Below, one piece after another: positions 39,855 through 51,625 of a DNA stretch of 64,000 bases (position 1 is its first letter; every line of letters begins with the position of its first letter). The notes below the pieces were generated by a model. It saw only the letters and a program-made list of their open reading frames with translations, was not told the DNA's origin and did no database searches. Position numbers and translations under genes: made by a program. Location of the stretch: positions 1-64,000 of the forward strand of contig JASTWF010000810.1 of assembly GCA_030390025.1 (NCBI GenBank), in the 5' to 3' direction. This DNA comes from Squalus acanthias (lineage: Eukaryota).

Positions 39855-40630
39855 AATGGCTGATCTTCTGCCTCAACTCCATTCACCGGCCCTATCGCCA
39901 TATCCCTTGATGCCCTTACTAGTGAGACTTCTATCGACTTCTGTTTTGAATATACCCAATGACAGAGCCTCCACAGCCCTCTGGGGTAGAGAATTCCATA
40001 GATTCACCACCATCTGTGTGAAGACATTTCTTGTCATCTCAGTCTTGAGTGGCCCACCCTTTATCCTGATGTTGTGGCCCCTGGTTCTATACTCCCCAGA
40101 CAAGGGATACATTCTCCCAGCATCCACCCTATCAAGCCCTGTAATAATTTTGTATGCTTCAAAGAGATCCCCTCTCATTCTTCTGAATTCAAGAGAATAC
40201 AGGCCGAGTTTACTCAATCTCTTCTCATACGACAGTTCTGCCATCCCAGGAATCAATCTCGTGAACCTTCGTTGCACTCCCTCTATGAGAAGTATATCCT
40301 TCCCTAAGGATGGTGACCAGAATTGTACACAGTACTCCAGGAGTGGTCTGACCAAGGCCCTATATAATTGGAGTCAGAGTTCCTTGCTCCTGTACTCAAA
40401 TCCTCTTGTAATGAAGGACAGCATATAATTTGCCTCTTTAATGGCTTGCTGCACCTTCACATTCACGTTCAGTGATTCATGTACAAGGACACCCAGGACC
40501 CTTTGAGCATCTGCATTCCCCAATCTTTCACCATTTAGCAAATACTCTGCCTTTCTGTTTTTTTCTACCAAAGTGTATAACTTCACATTTATCCACATTA
40601 TATTCCATCTGTCATGTTCTCGCCCACTCA
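39855..40630 (-). mobile_element. CR1 3' fragment
   Basis: ORF 39873-40355 VRPLLEYCVQFWSP..RTRGH..VNLWNSLPQ. Confidence 0.9.
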
Positions 40631-41729
40631 CTGTGGAGCTGTGCGCAATGTCGAGGCCGACGGATAAGCACACCTGCGATCACGTGGGACGGTGCGCCAA
40701 TCAGGAAAACGGAATCTCCGATGCTCATTCATGATTTTTTTATTGCTTTAGTTTAGCGGAGAAGATGTAAATATGCTGCTTGTGCGTCTAGGTTTCTTGT
40801 GTGCAAAAGTTTCGCTGCAGGGAAATTGCATTTCATTAATGGTTTGTTAAATTATTTCAAATCATGAAAGCCTCAGAGAATAGCCAGCTATGTCATCGGC
40901 ATTTCAAACAGTTAAGCATAAAATGTAGACACTTGTTCTTTGCCTTTTTTTTCTGCGGGTGAGCCAGTTTTGTGAAATGCATCGCAGTTTCGGCACAAGG
41001 GCAGCTTTTTCTCATAAAAGTACACTTGTAATCTCGGTCTGAAATGAGCTTTGGTAGTTCGTTTTCACCCTTTGCATATTTGTCTCGGCGGGCTGTGTTG
41101 GGATCAGTTGAAATAATTAGAAAGATGAGATATTAGTTAGCTGGATACAGATATTTATTTTGAAGATAATTTTTAATTACATTTTGGTCATTATGAAAAT
41201 AACTGTTGTATATTGCAAGCTGCTTCCTATCCCCATCCCTCCCCCGACGATCTGCAAACAGGCTGTTTCCACCAGTCGTAAAATTTTGCAGCATAATTGC
41301 TGGGCAGTTGGAGGGTAATTCGCCCAACTCTGCGCCAGCAATGAAGATTTGAGAGTCGCAGCGGATGATCTGTCATGTCGGAACTTGACAGATCGCAAGT
41401 TCGGGATTTAGCACATGCGCAAGCGCGTACAGAAATCCCCAAAGTTGCTGTCAATTTCAAAGGCGGTATTACTATGAACTCTGAGAGTTCATCGTCATAC
41501 TGACCACAAATTCTGCCCCAATAACTACAAATAAATACCTAGGAAATTACAGTGGAAATAAGTTTACACAGAAAAGTGATCAAAGGGTGGTAACAGAGTG
41601 AAGGATTTTGCAGAGTGAAGTGTGTGTCGACATAAGATATTAAATATATCCGGGCTAGATTAATTACTACTGCAAGTGAATACCCATTGAAACAAACACA
41701 TTTTTCAAAAATAACATTTTTAACATAGA

Positions 41730-42400
41730 ATTACATATACAGCACCGAAACAGGTCATTTAGTTGAATTGCTCTATGTCGATGTTTACAAGCCACACGAA
41801 CCTCCTGCCAATCGAATTGTCTGTTCTCACCCTGTTCCCATATCCCACAATATTCCCTCATGAATGCATAAACCTTACTTTAAATTGATCACTGATATCT
41901 GCCTCAGCCATTCTATATGGCGGTGAGTTCCACATTTTGAACACTATCTGAAAAATTAAATTACTTCCAAATTATTTATTTGACCTATTATTGGCTGTCT
42001 TAGAGTTGTGCTGCCGTTTCTGGACTAATTCACAAGTGGAACAAATTTTTCCACATCCAACCTATTGTTCCCCTACACCATTTTAAAGACCTCTATCAGG
42101 TCACTTCTTAGTCTACTGCGCTTGAGGAGCAAGGAGTCCGAGCCTGCACAATGTTTCCTGCTATTTGTATCCGCTCCATTCTGGGAACATCCTTGCAAAT
42201 CTTTACTGCACTTTCTCCAGTGGTTCAGTATCCATTTTGTAATGTGTCCACTAGAATTTTGCAGAGAACTTTAATGTGGTCTCGTCAAGGCCTATATAAA
42301 TTCAAAATTACCTCCCTGCTTTTGTATTCTATTTCTCTAGAAATGAACCCAATTACTTTGTTTGCAATCATTATTAACTTCTGAACTTGTATAGCTACTT
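41730..42400 (-). mobile_element. Old CR1-type 3' fragment
   Basis: Degenerate atagaattacatatacagcaccgaaacaggtcatt 3' end and RT C-terminal remnants. Confidence 0.55.
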
Positions 42401-43194
42401 CAAACGATTCCCAGAACTCTGTTTACTTTGTGTTTAGTCTTGGCTTGTCTCTAGCACTCTTGCCTCTGAGTCAGAACGTTCTCGTCCATATCCCATTCCA
42501 GACACTTTAGCACATAATCTAGGCTAACACACCAGTGCTGAAGGTATGCTGCACTGTCGGAATTGCTGAATTTTTCGTTTATGTGCTCCTTCTCCAGACG
42601 TTTTGTTGTCTCATTATTTAGCAAAGATTGTAGTCTATTTCCTACATCTGTCATTAAGACATCGCATTTTTCACAACATTTACTTTCAGTCAGTTTTTTT
42701 CAAAGTAACAGCGCATGCTATCATGTAGTGATGACTAGATAGTTGCAGATGTCATCGTTTTATACATTGCGACAGCACACGGTCCGTTTACATCTAAGTT
42801 GAGACTGAATCAACCTAGACTGATCCTCAGCGCCTCTCTATTCAGCCTTCGGTGAGAGTCTTGGACAGAATGTTCTTGGAGTAAGTTCACAGCAATTGTC
42901 GGATCACAACAAAAAATTGACAGTAAATTGGTAAACTCGTTGAAAGGACGCAAGGATGGTGGGTTCAGGAAATGCCAATGTCACAATTGTTCCTGGTGAT
43001 TTAGCGCGGCATATTTTGTATTAGTATAGAGGGAGCTCCACACTGACACCTATATCTGCCCTGGTACGTCGTGAATCTAATATGGGTGGCATAAATAGAC
43101 AAATAATTTTCGTTCTGCAGCACATTAATGTTTAAATGAAAATACCAAAGATTTATTTGTGGAACGCTAAATATTTTAAAGAATTATAAAACAA

Positions 43195-43430
43195 TAGTTC
43201 GGACCAACTGGAGTATCGTATTCATTTCTAGGCACCACACTTTAGGAAGGACGTGAAGGCTTTGCAGATGGTACAGAAAGATTTACTAGAATGTTTCCAG
43301 GGATGAGTAATTACACTTACGTGGATACACTACAGAAACTGTGGTTGTTCTCCTTAGAGCAGAGAAAGCTAAGAATAGATTGATAGAGATGTATAAAATC
43401 ATGAAGGGTTTAGATAGAGTAAATAAAGAT
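43195..43430 (+). mobile_element. CR1 fragment
   Basis: caactggagtat..caccacactttaggaagga..atttactagaatg remnants. Confidence 0.65.
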
Positions 43431-43433
43431 AAT

Positions 43434-44812
43434 GGGCTGGATATTACAATCCCTCCGGTTTTGTACGTGCTGTGTATAGGGATATCGGAAATGCCGGTTT
43501 CAGAATGCTCTTGACAGATCGGACGCCTGCTCTACAGAAGGGCCTATGCTGGCATATAGTTCCGTTTTCTGTAGAACCTCTGCCCACAGAAAACTCTTAG
43601 AAATCTTACTCCTGGTAAAAGCTGGCCTGCTTTTACCAGCATAAGATTTGAAAAAAGTATGAATAAAATGTTCCCCTCATTTATCATTTAAAAATAATTT
43701 TAAAAAGGGAAGTTTATTTTTAGCACGGTACAAAACTTTAATTATTCTTTTCAAAAAATTGCATTTTTTTCAAAATATTTAATTTATTGTAATTTCAACA
43801 AATTTTTAAAATGCGATGGTTGTTTTTTATTTATTTAATGTTTTACAGTGTTTTTGGGGTGATCTCCATTCATATATTTGAGAGTTCTGTCTGTCAAGTG
43901 TATGAAGGTAGATTCCTTTCTTTGGTTGACTCCCCATCGCCCACGTGATCCAAGGTACGCTTGCGAACCGCATGGGCCTCTGGGACACCTGGTCCCTGCA
44001 CATTTCAAGTTGGAGAGGCACAGGAGAGGAAGTGTCCGGACCTGGAAAGCCCTCAGTTAAGTCCATAGATTTTTTTCCAGATCGGAGGACTACGCACGCG
44101 GGACGCCTCCGATCAGAAAATACTTCCCAATTGCCCCACAATTTCCGATAGGTTGCTTCCTGCGTGCGGATGCCTCCTACCGGAAAAAAAAATCTAAGCC
44201 CTTACCTGAGGACTCCCGAGGTCCGTCCATTTCCGATCCTGGGACTCTCCACGATGAAATGCGCAGGGCCCAGATATCCCAGGGGTGCATGCGGTTCGCA
44301 AGCATCCTTGGGATCACGTGGGGCAGGCGAGCCAATGCGAGAAGGAAATCACCCTTCATACATTTTACAGATAGACCTATCAAAAGCATAAATGGGGATC
44401 ACCGAAAAAGACTTCAAAACATTAAATACATTTTAAAAAACTATCACGTTTTTAAAATGGGTTCAGATTAATTTAAATTAAATACTTTAAACAAAAATTT
44501 AATTTTTTGAAAAAAGTAATTAAAGTTTTTTACGCGGTTAAAATGAATTTACCTTTTTTGAAAGTATTTTAAAGTTATAATTAAGTGAAAAAAAATTAAT
44601 TATTTTAACTTTTTTTAAACACTTATGCTGGTAAAAACAGGCGTTACGCCTGCTTTTAACTGGCGTAAGATTTTTAATTGATTTCAGTGGGCGGAGGTTC
44701 TGCAGAAAGCGGAACACTCCCCCGCAGAGGCCCTTCTCCAGCGCAGGCGTCCGATCTCTCAAGAGGATTTTTGACAGATCGGAAATGCCGGTTTTCAGCG
44801 CATGCGTTCCGG
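43434..44812. mobile_element. Two abutting inverted MITE copies (43434-44128 and ~44132-44812)
   Basis: Arms are reverse-complement homologous (mirrored pseudo-ORFs LANRMGLWDTWSLHISSWR and LANRMHPWDIWALRISSWR); first copy flanked by AAT on both sides. Confidence 0.8.
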
Positions 44813-45539
44813 TTAAATAGGAGATCTCTTAAATAAGACTCTACCACTTGCTTTCACTGCAGTTTACACTTTAATAGTTGTCTCAATAAACAGGAAGTCA
44901 TAGAAGGATGTCTTAATGTTAATATAAACACACTGGAAATATTACTACTAACGAAAAATAAACGGTAGAAAGATCAGCATCTGAAAAAGAAAGCTAGTTT
45001 GAAGTCTCGGATGGAACGCCTCATAGGAGCATTGACGTCTGATCCGATTTTGGTTTTCTAACATTTTATTTTTAAATTTGAGATTGACAGAGCTGTTGGG
45101 TTGGAAGTATATATATATATATATATGTATATATTTAACAGGGCTAGATATAACCAGCAGGGTCCAGTTAAATTTTACAGCCAATATTATCATAATTTAG
45201 CTCTTTGTTCTGTTAGATCAGCCTAAGTTCTTTCCTTATTCTTTTGCCTCGACATCTTCTTATGCTTTTTGTTCTCTTTAGGTTTCCGTCTTTGGCTGCA
45301 ACCTCGGCCAATTAAAGCAGTCTATTTTCAATCTTCCCTCCAATGGTCTGTAAAATCGAAGCGTTTTACGGTTAGCTCATTACCTTGATTGGTCAGCAGA
45401 GTGATGCATGAAACAGATCTGAAAAGCAGCATAATTTTCTTCAACATTCAGTCACCAACTGAACTGTGCTCCGAATGTTTGCCTCAGACACGGTTTCAAT
45501 AGCATAAAAAGAAGTGTTTTATTGATATTTTTCCATCGA

Positions 45540-46170
45540 TACAGAAAGTTAACATGCAGGTACAGCAAACAATTAGTAAGGCAAACGGTATGTTAGCTTT
45601 TATTGCAAGGGAGTTGGAGTATAAGAGAAAGGAATATTGCTGCAAATATACAGGGCTTTAGTCAGATCACACCTGGGGTACTGTGTGCAGTTTTGGTCTC
45701 CTTACCTAAGGAAGGGTAGACTTGCCTTAGAGCAGTTGGAACTGAGGTTCACTAGATTGATTCCTTGGAGAATGGGCCTCTTTTGTCTTTAATTTAGAAG
45801 AATGAGAGGTGATCTCATTGAAAAGTATAAAGTTGTTAGAGGACTTAACACGGTACATGCTGAGAGGTTGTTTCCACTGGCTAGTGAGTCTAGAACCTGG
45901 GGTCACAGTCTCATGATAAGGGGTCAGCCATTTCAGACTGAGATGAGGAGGAATTTCCTCAATCACAAAGTCAATCTTTGGAGTTCTCTACTCCAGAGGC
46001 CTGTAGATGCTCATTCGATATGTTTTTGGACTTTATGGGAATCAAGGGATATGGGGATAGGGCGGCAAAATGGATTTGATGTCGAAGATTAGCCTTGAAT
46101 TTATTGAATGGTGGAGCAGGCTCCAGAGGCCTCATGGCCTCTGCCTTATCCTATTTCTTATATTCTTATG
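45540..46170 (+). mobile_element. CR1 3' fragment
   Basis: MRGDLIE..SRTWGHSL..EMRRNF..NLWSSL; CR1 3' UTR with ttcttat tail. Confidence 0.88.
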
Positions 46171-46469
46171 AGAACACGAGGACTAGCTGACGCAGTGACT
46201 TCGTGCTTTGGGATCTGAGATTTGAGTGTAGCCTGCACTGACAGATTATTCTCCATTACTTGGCCCGTCTCAATCTAACTCTTCGTTTTCTGCTTTACAG
46301 CAGCAAATGTGCAATGAATTAAAAATCGACATTGATGGATTAGCAGTCTCACTCAGAGAAGCCAGTGATTAGTTGGCGGGAGAGTGGGGAGAAAATCGCA
46401 TGATCCAATTGCAGTGTTTTTCATAAGGAAGAGCTTCAGGCAATTCATTGGAACAGAGTAATGGAATAT

Positions 46470-47185
46470 CACTTTGTATCTAACCGTACTGCACTGCCAC
46501 AGTGCAAGCTAAATGGACCAGGGCCAAGGAAGTTCTGCTATATATCTAACCAGTGCTGTAACTCCATTCAGAGTGTTTGATGGTCAGTGTTTAGCGAGAT
46601 TGACTCTGTATCTATCCCGTGGCGTAACTGCAATGGCAGTGTTTGATGGGACAATTTAGAAGGAGCTTTACTCTGTATGTAACCCAACTTCACTAGACCT
46701 GGGAATGTTTTATGGGACAGTGTAGAGGGAGCTTTACTTTGTTTCTTACGCATGCTGTACCTGCCCTGTGAGTGTTTGAATGGACAGAATACAGGGAGCT
46801 TTTCTCTGTATCCAAAGCATGCTGTACCTCCTTTGGGACTGATTCTTTGATGGGACATTGTTTACGGAGCTTTACTCTGTATCTAACCCGTGCTCTCCCT
46901 GCGATTGGTGTGTTTGTTGGATTAGGGTAGAGGAAGCTTTACTCTGTATCTCTCCCGTGCTGTACCTGCCCTGGGAGTGTTTGATGGGACAGTGTAGACT
47001 GAGCTTTACTCTTTATGTAACCCTTGCTTTACCAGTCCTGGGCATGTAGAGGGAGCTTCACTATATCTAAACCATGCTGCAACGACACATGGAATGTTTG
47101 ATGGGACAGTGTAGAAGGAGCTTTACTCTCGATGTAACCCAACTGCACTAGACCTGTAGGTGTTTGACGGAGCAGTGTAGAGGGT
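46470..47185. repeat. Degenerate minisatellite, ~66-67-bp unit, about 10 copies
   Basis: Recurrent gtgtttgatgggacagtgtagagggagctttactctgtat.taacc at 46573, 46639, 46705, 46772 and onward. Confidence 0.9.
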
Positions 47186-47412
47186 ACTTAGGTCAGCATG
47201 CACACCATTCTGTAATTGACTGGAGATGTTTGAAGCAGGGAATGGGGCTGATGGTGATTGGTTTATTTCGTATGATGGCCACTCGTGCATATAATCATTT
47301 ACCAATATACACGTAAAAATAGCCGTATATATAACATTATTATATATGCTTAGTACAGCATTGCATTATTTTACGCTTTCAACATTTTCGAAAATTCAGT
47401 AGAAAAACCCAC

Positions 47413-47456
47413 CCGTTCTTCTAAGTGGCGAGGACCCTCTTCGTTTACGCGTGCGC
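47413..47456 (-). CDS. IgSF VJ-C1 receptor exon 5, first cytoplasmic exon (GARVNEEGPRHLEER)
   Basis: Acceptor ttgtatttcactAG, donor CGG|GTGGGT; 44 nt, phase 1 to 0, open in frame with the TM exon. Confidence 0.65.
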
Positions 47457-47914
47457 CTAGTGAAATACAACATCAAAGTTTGACCAGACAGCAAGACGTG
47501 AACAACCGAAATCCGACTTAGTTTCAGCCAATAACGCCTTAAGGATCATAGTTGATGAAACGTTTTGAAAATGTATTCGCAACTCTCCCCCCGCCCCCTT
47601 GGTTGAACGATCTAGATGTAACGTTCCTGAAATGCCTTCGGCTCATAACACAGGGAATCAATGATTCAAAACAACAAAACAACACCAGAAAATTGCAAAC
47701 ATCGGTACTCATTTATCAGTTACTTTAAGTTCATTTGCATGAATCTTGGGCAAATCTTTTTCTTCCAGACTGTTGAATCAATTATTACTTTACAACATAT
47801 CAACATAATTCCCTTCCTGGACCAGATATAACGTTCCTTCCTTTGCTCGGCGTCATGTTCATCCCTTTTTTATTACAAATCTTTCACAGTGAAACTACAT
47901 AGGTGGCTCATTAC

Positions 47915-48028
47915 CTTTACAGTTACTGAGTTGGTAACTCTTCCCAATGAAAGTGATGATGGCTAGAATTATCAGTGCACCACCTGCACATCCAGCAATT
48001 AGTAGGGGAAGGGATGGGAGTCCTTTGC
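47915..48028 (-). CDS. IgSF VJ-C1 receptor exon 4, transmembrane (GKGLPSLPLLIAGCAGGALIILAIITFIGKSYQLSNCK)
   Basis: Acceptor attttAG, donor AAG|GTAATG; 114 nt, phase 1-1; long uncharged hydrophobic stretch. Confidence 0.85.
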
Positions 48029-48230
48029 CTAAAATCATAATCACAATACAAATAATCATCATAATATTGCTATTACTGATAATAGTAATAATCAATCACC
48101 AGCTCTTCATTATCGGCAGTATTATGCAAACAGTCTTTTGAACATATGTTAGTTCTCCCATTTACATTTTGCGTGTCTCCACAGCAGAGCCGAGGACTGA
48201 GACTGTTAACTGTGCAAACTGGTTTACATC

Positions 48231-48322
48231 TATATATATATATATATATATACATAAAGACAGATAGATGGATAGAGAGAGAGAGAGAGAGATAGATAGA
48301 AAGATAGATAGAGAGATAGATA
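48231..48322. repeat. Compound microsatellite (TA)n/(GA)n/(GATA)n in intron 3
   Basis: Directly visible. Confidence 0.9.
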
Positions 48323-48869
48323 TAATATTTTTAGTCATTCTTATTTTCCTCTCAGCGGAATCCTGCACATAAATTGTTTGCATTACTGGATTAAAATGTA
48401 ACTTTTGAATTTTCATTGACACGACAATAATGAACTTGGTAGCTAAAAAGATTATAGCGCAAATTACAGACGCACCATTCATTCTCGGGTGGTATCTCAC
48501 GAAGAGTTGGGCAGTTGACATAGGGAACTGATCTGGATCGGCAGGTTCTCAATAACGTAAAATACTTAAATATATGAGAAAAACACATTCTACGAACTTT
48601 CTCTCGCTGTTAAATGGCGAGCAATTGAATCTGGTGAAGATTAGTATAATTCAGTTGATCATTATAATTTTTGTAGATTAAACTCCATTTCTCGGATGGC
48701 AGACGTTTGTCTCTTATATCCGTTTCACAAATCAGCAAATAGAATTAATCTTTGAATGACCATTCTGAAAAATTAATTGTACATCTGAAACAAAAAATGA
48801 TTGACAGCAAATAAGGCCGATTTAAAGTGCTCAGTGGATGCCAGTATTGCACAAATGTCAACATCTTAC

Positions 48870-49178
48870 CTGGGTTGGAACTGGAATCAAAGTAAACAGC
48901 CACGGCTGGACTCTGCAGTGTGAGGTGAGACACCACACAGGTATATACAGCCCCGCTCTGGGCTGGCTGTGTCGTCTGCAATCTGCTGGAAGCTTCATAC
49001 ATTCCCTCCGAATTCTGCTTTATAATGGTGTTGATCCCAGTCACAATGTTGGTGTTATTTTTATACCAAGTGAAGCTGAGAGCCTCCGGGTAGAAGTCGG
49101 CCGTTTCACACACAAGTGTTAGAGTAGATGGGTCGGTTCCGGACACTTTGGGATCCAGTCTCACGGGTTCTGGTGAAA
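48870..49178 (-). CDS. IgSF VJ-C1 receptor exon 3, C1-set Ig domain
   Basis: Acceptor ccctcttccacAG, donor CAG|GTAAGA; 309 nt, phase 1-1; C1 signatures LVCETADFYP, FTWYKN, YEASSRL, YTCVVSH. Confidence 0.93.
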
Positions 49179-50264
49179 CTGTGGAAGAGGGTCAAGAATA
49201 CACTGATTGCCCAGACTTTGGTATTTTAGTTCCGTTTGGCGTCCAGCCTTCCTGAATATGATACGATGATTCCAATTCGCATTTTGGTTACTTAACAATT
49301 CGAAATAAGATTCTTCCCATAACTTTCTAGGCTAATATGCGGACGCTGCAGAAGCTTGTTGCAGGAACAGGAGAAAGCAATTCAGTGCGACTAGACATTC
49401 AGGCCGTCGCCGCTTTGCGCTTAGTCCAGGCAAAAAAATATATTTATATTTCAACTGAGCAACTTTTTGCTCAGTTTTGTTATTAGGCAGGTTTAAATCA
49501 ATAGGCAAAACTTATTTCAAACAACTCGCGTTAGGATTTGTAAATGTGGAACACAGGGGAAAATTATTGCCGTCCAGAGAAGCGATACATAGATCCCGGG
49601 ATACTTTGTAAGTGCAGGAAAAATAATTGTGTCCAAAATTTAAAGAGAAAAAGCCCAACTTGCTGGATATTTAATTAAAATGGAATGGCGGGAATTGAGG
49701 GTTGAGGGGATCATCCTTGGAGAAGTATGAGGGAAGTGGCTGAAAATCCAGACTCTTTCATAGTGGCACATAGAAAGCCTAACATTAGACTGGAAATATA
49801 TTATCACCGTCAAGAACCGCCCCCCCCCCCCCCAAACCCCACCTCACCCCCGCCATTCGTACTTGTTAAAGTTACAATTTAAATTGAGAGTTATGATCTG
49901 ACCACAGTTCGTTCACGGAGAAGCGCGTGAGATTCCACAGACTGGGTTCGACTCTCATGCAGTATAATTCCCGACTAGTATCAAATCTAGTTTGCGAAAC
50001 TGATCAAAGTATCCCTTAGACCAAATTGTAAACTTACCAGGAGTTTATTCAAATGTAAATAGATTGTACTCGCTCCGTCACCGTTCTCTAAATATTTAAC
50101 GATTTATGTACAAAACTCTTCCCGGACAAAGGACTCGTCTGTCACACTTTGCAGTATTTCGTGTCAGTATTGATACAGTTACAGCTCAGTCGTCCACTCA
50201 CTGAGTTGAGTTCAAACCGATAGGGTTTTACATACAGATTATTTGTACAATTGGACTACCAGAA

Positions 50265-50790
50265 TCTTTGAAGGTGGCAGAACAAGCATATGGTGCCCAT
50301 GGCTTTATAAACAGAGACATAGAGTACAAAAGCAAGGATGCTCAGTTAAACGTGTATACATCACTGGTTAGGACTCATCTGGAGTATTGTGTCCATTCTG
50401 GGCACAACGTTGTAGGAAGGATGTCAAGGCCTTGGAGAGGGTGCAGAAGAGATTTACTAGAATGATACCAGGGACGAGGGTCTTCAGTTGCATGGAGATA
50501 CTGGAGAAGCTGGAATTGTTGTGCTTAGAGTAGAGAAAGTTAAGGGGAGATGTATTAAGGAGTGCAAAATGATGAGAGGCTTTGAGTTAGTAAATACACA
50601 GAAACCCTTTCCAGTGGCAGATGGGCACAGATTTAAGATAATTGCGAGATGTGTAGAATGCTTTTTTGCACAGCGAGTTTTTATGATTTGGATTGAACTG
50701 CCTGAAAGGCTGGTGGATGCAGATTCAGTCGTAACTTTCAAAACGGAATTTGGATATATACTTAAAAAGGAAAGTTTGCTTAGTCCCATG
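50265..50790 (+). mobile_element. Old CR1 3' fragment in intron 2
   Basis: IEYKSKD..YTSLVRTHLEYCV..QRVFMIW remnants. Confidence 0.8.
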
Positions 50791-51123
50791 GCACTTTTGT
50801 GCTAGATTTTCACATAGGATTCAAGGTGCGCCCCTACCAATATCTTGTACAAACTTATTTCTTCTTTATCGATAGCCAGTAAATCAAGGTCCCTATTTCT
50901 GCCACATACTTTGGATTCAGATTCTTCTTCTGTATATTGTCCTGGAGCCCAGAGATACTTAACATATCGTGATATGATTTTGGGGCTGATTTTAAATAAT
51001 GTTCCCTAATCATCTCCCATAAACTAGCTGTAGTGGTCAATTCATTAAATAATCAAAAAAGTGCGATACTATATACACTGTCATACAATAGCAGCGACCG
51101 CAACTTTCTCCAAGGTCGCTTAC

Positions 51124-51435
51124 CGTGCACATCAAGCTTCGATCCGGCTCCTTTTATCATCGGGTTACCTGTGTATCTCACTCCACAGTAATAGGATCCG
51201 GAGTCTGGGAAACGGACACTCAGGATCTGGAAGGAAGCCTCTCCGTTTTTCAAAGGAAAGAATCGTTTCCTGCCGTCAGAATCTGGTTGTATGAAGTGAT
51301 TGTCGCCAAGTCTCCACCAATAAACATTCACATCTGAATTATTCTGGACAGAGCTGGTCTTGCAATGGAAGGTAATGTCTGCACCTGCCATCACACTGGT
51401 GCTTTCAGGGCTTTGGGAAACTGCAGCGGAAGCAA
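51124..51435 (-). CDS. IgSF VJ-C1 receptor exon 2, V-set domain with built-in J-like G strand
   Basis: Acceptor ttttgttttAG, donor ACG|GTAAGC; 312 nt, phase 1-1; VSQSP, TFHC, VYWW, ASFQI, DSGSYYC, KGAGSKLDV. Confidence 0.93.
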
Positions 51436-51579
51436 CTAAAACAAAATAAACATTAATCACAAAATAGAGATAAAAGATAGGCACGAATAGACAGCTCGCT
51501 AAATATGTCTATATAGAGATCGATAAAAAATTAAAAAAGCAAGCAAGAAAGTAAAATATTCGATTATAATGGAAAATAC

Positions 51580-51625
51580 CTTTGTAAATAACCCCAAGCG
51601 CCCATATGTAGTGACACACAAACAT
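51580..51625 (-). CDS. IgSF VJ-C1 receptor exon 1, leader (MFVCHYIWALGVIYK)
   Basis: ATG at 51625 in acaATG context; 46 nt ending AAG|GTATTT, phase 1; 144-nt intron to the V exon; splices to give ..GVIYKVASA-AVSQSP, a plausible signal peptide. Confidence 0.75.

Noticed and set aside
46470-47185. CRISPR-like array
   Set aside because: Units are contiguous degenerate tandem repeats without unique spacers, and the DNA is vertebrate.
48073-48521. Extra stalk exon between C1 and TM (ORFs 48073-48255, 48162-48521)
   Set aside because: The ORFs run through microsatellites, no acceptor/donor pair keeps phase 1-1, and C1 splices directly to TM in frame.
47413-51625. Calling the gene a rearranging TCR or Ig light-chain locus
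   Set aside because: V and J are in one exon, no consensus RSS or separate J segments are seen, a TM and cytoplasmic tail are present, and the TM lacks the charged residue of TCR chains.
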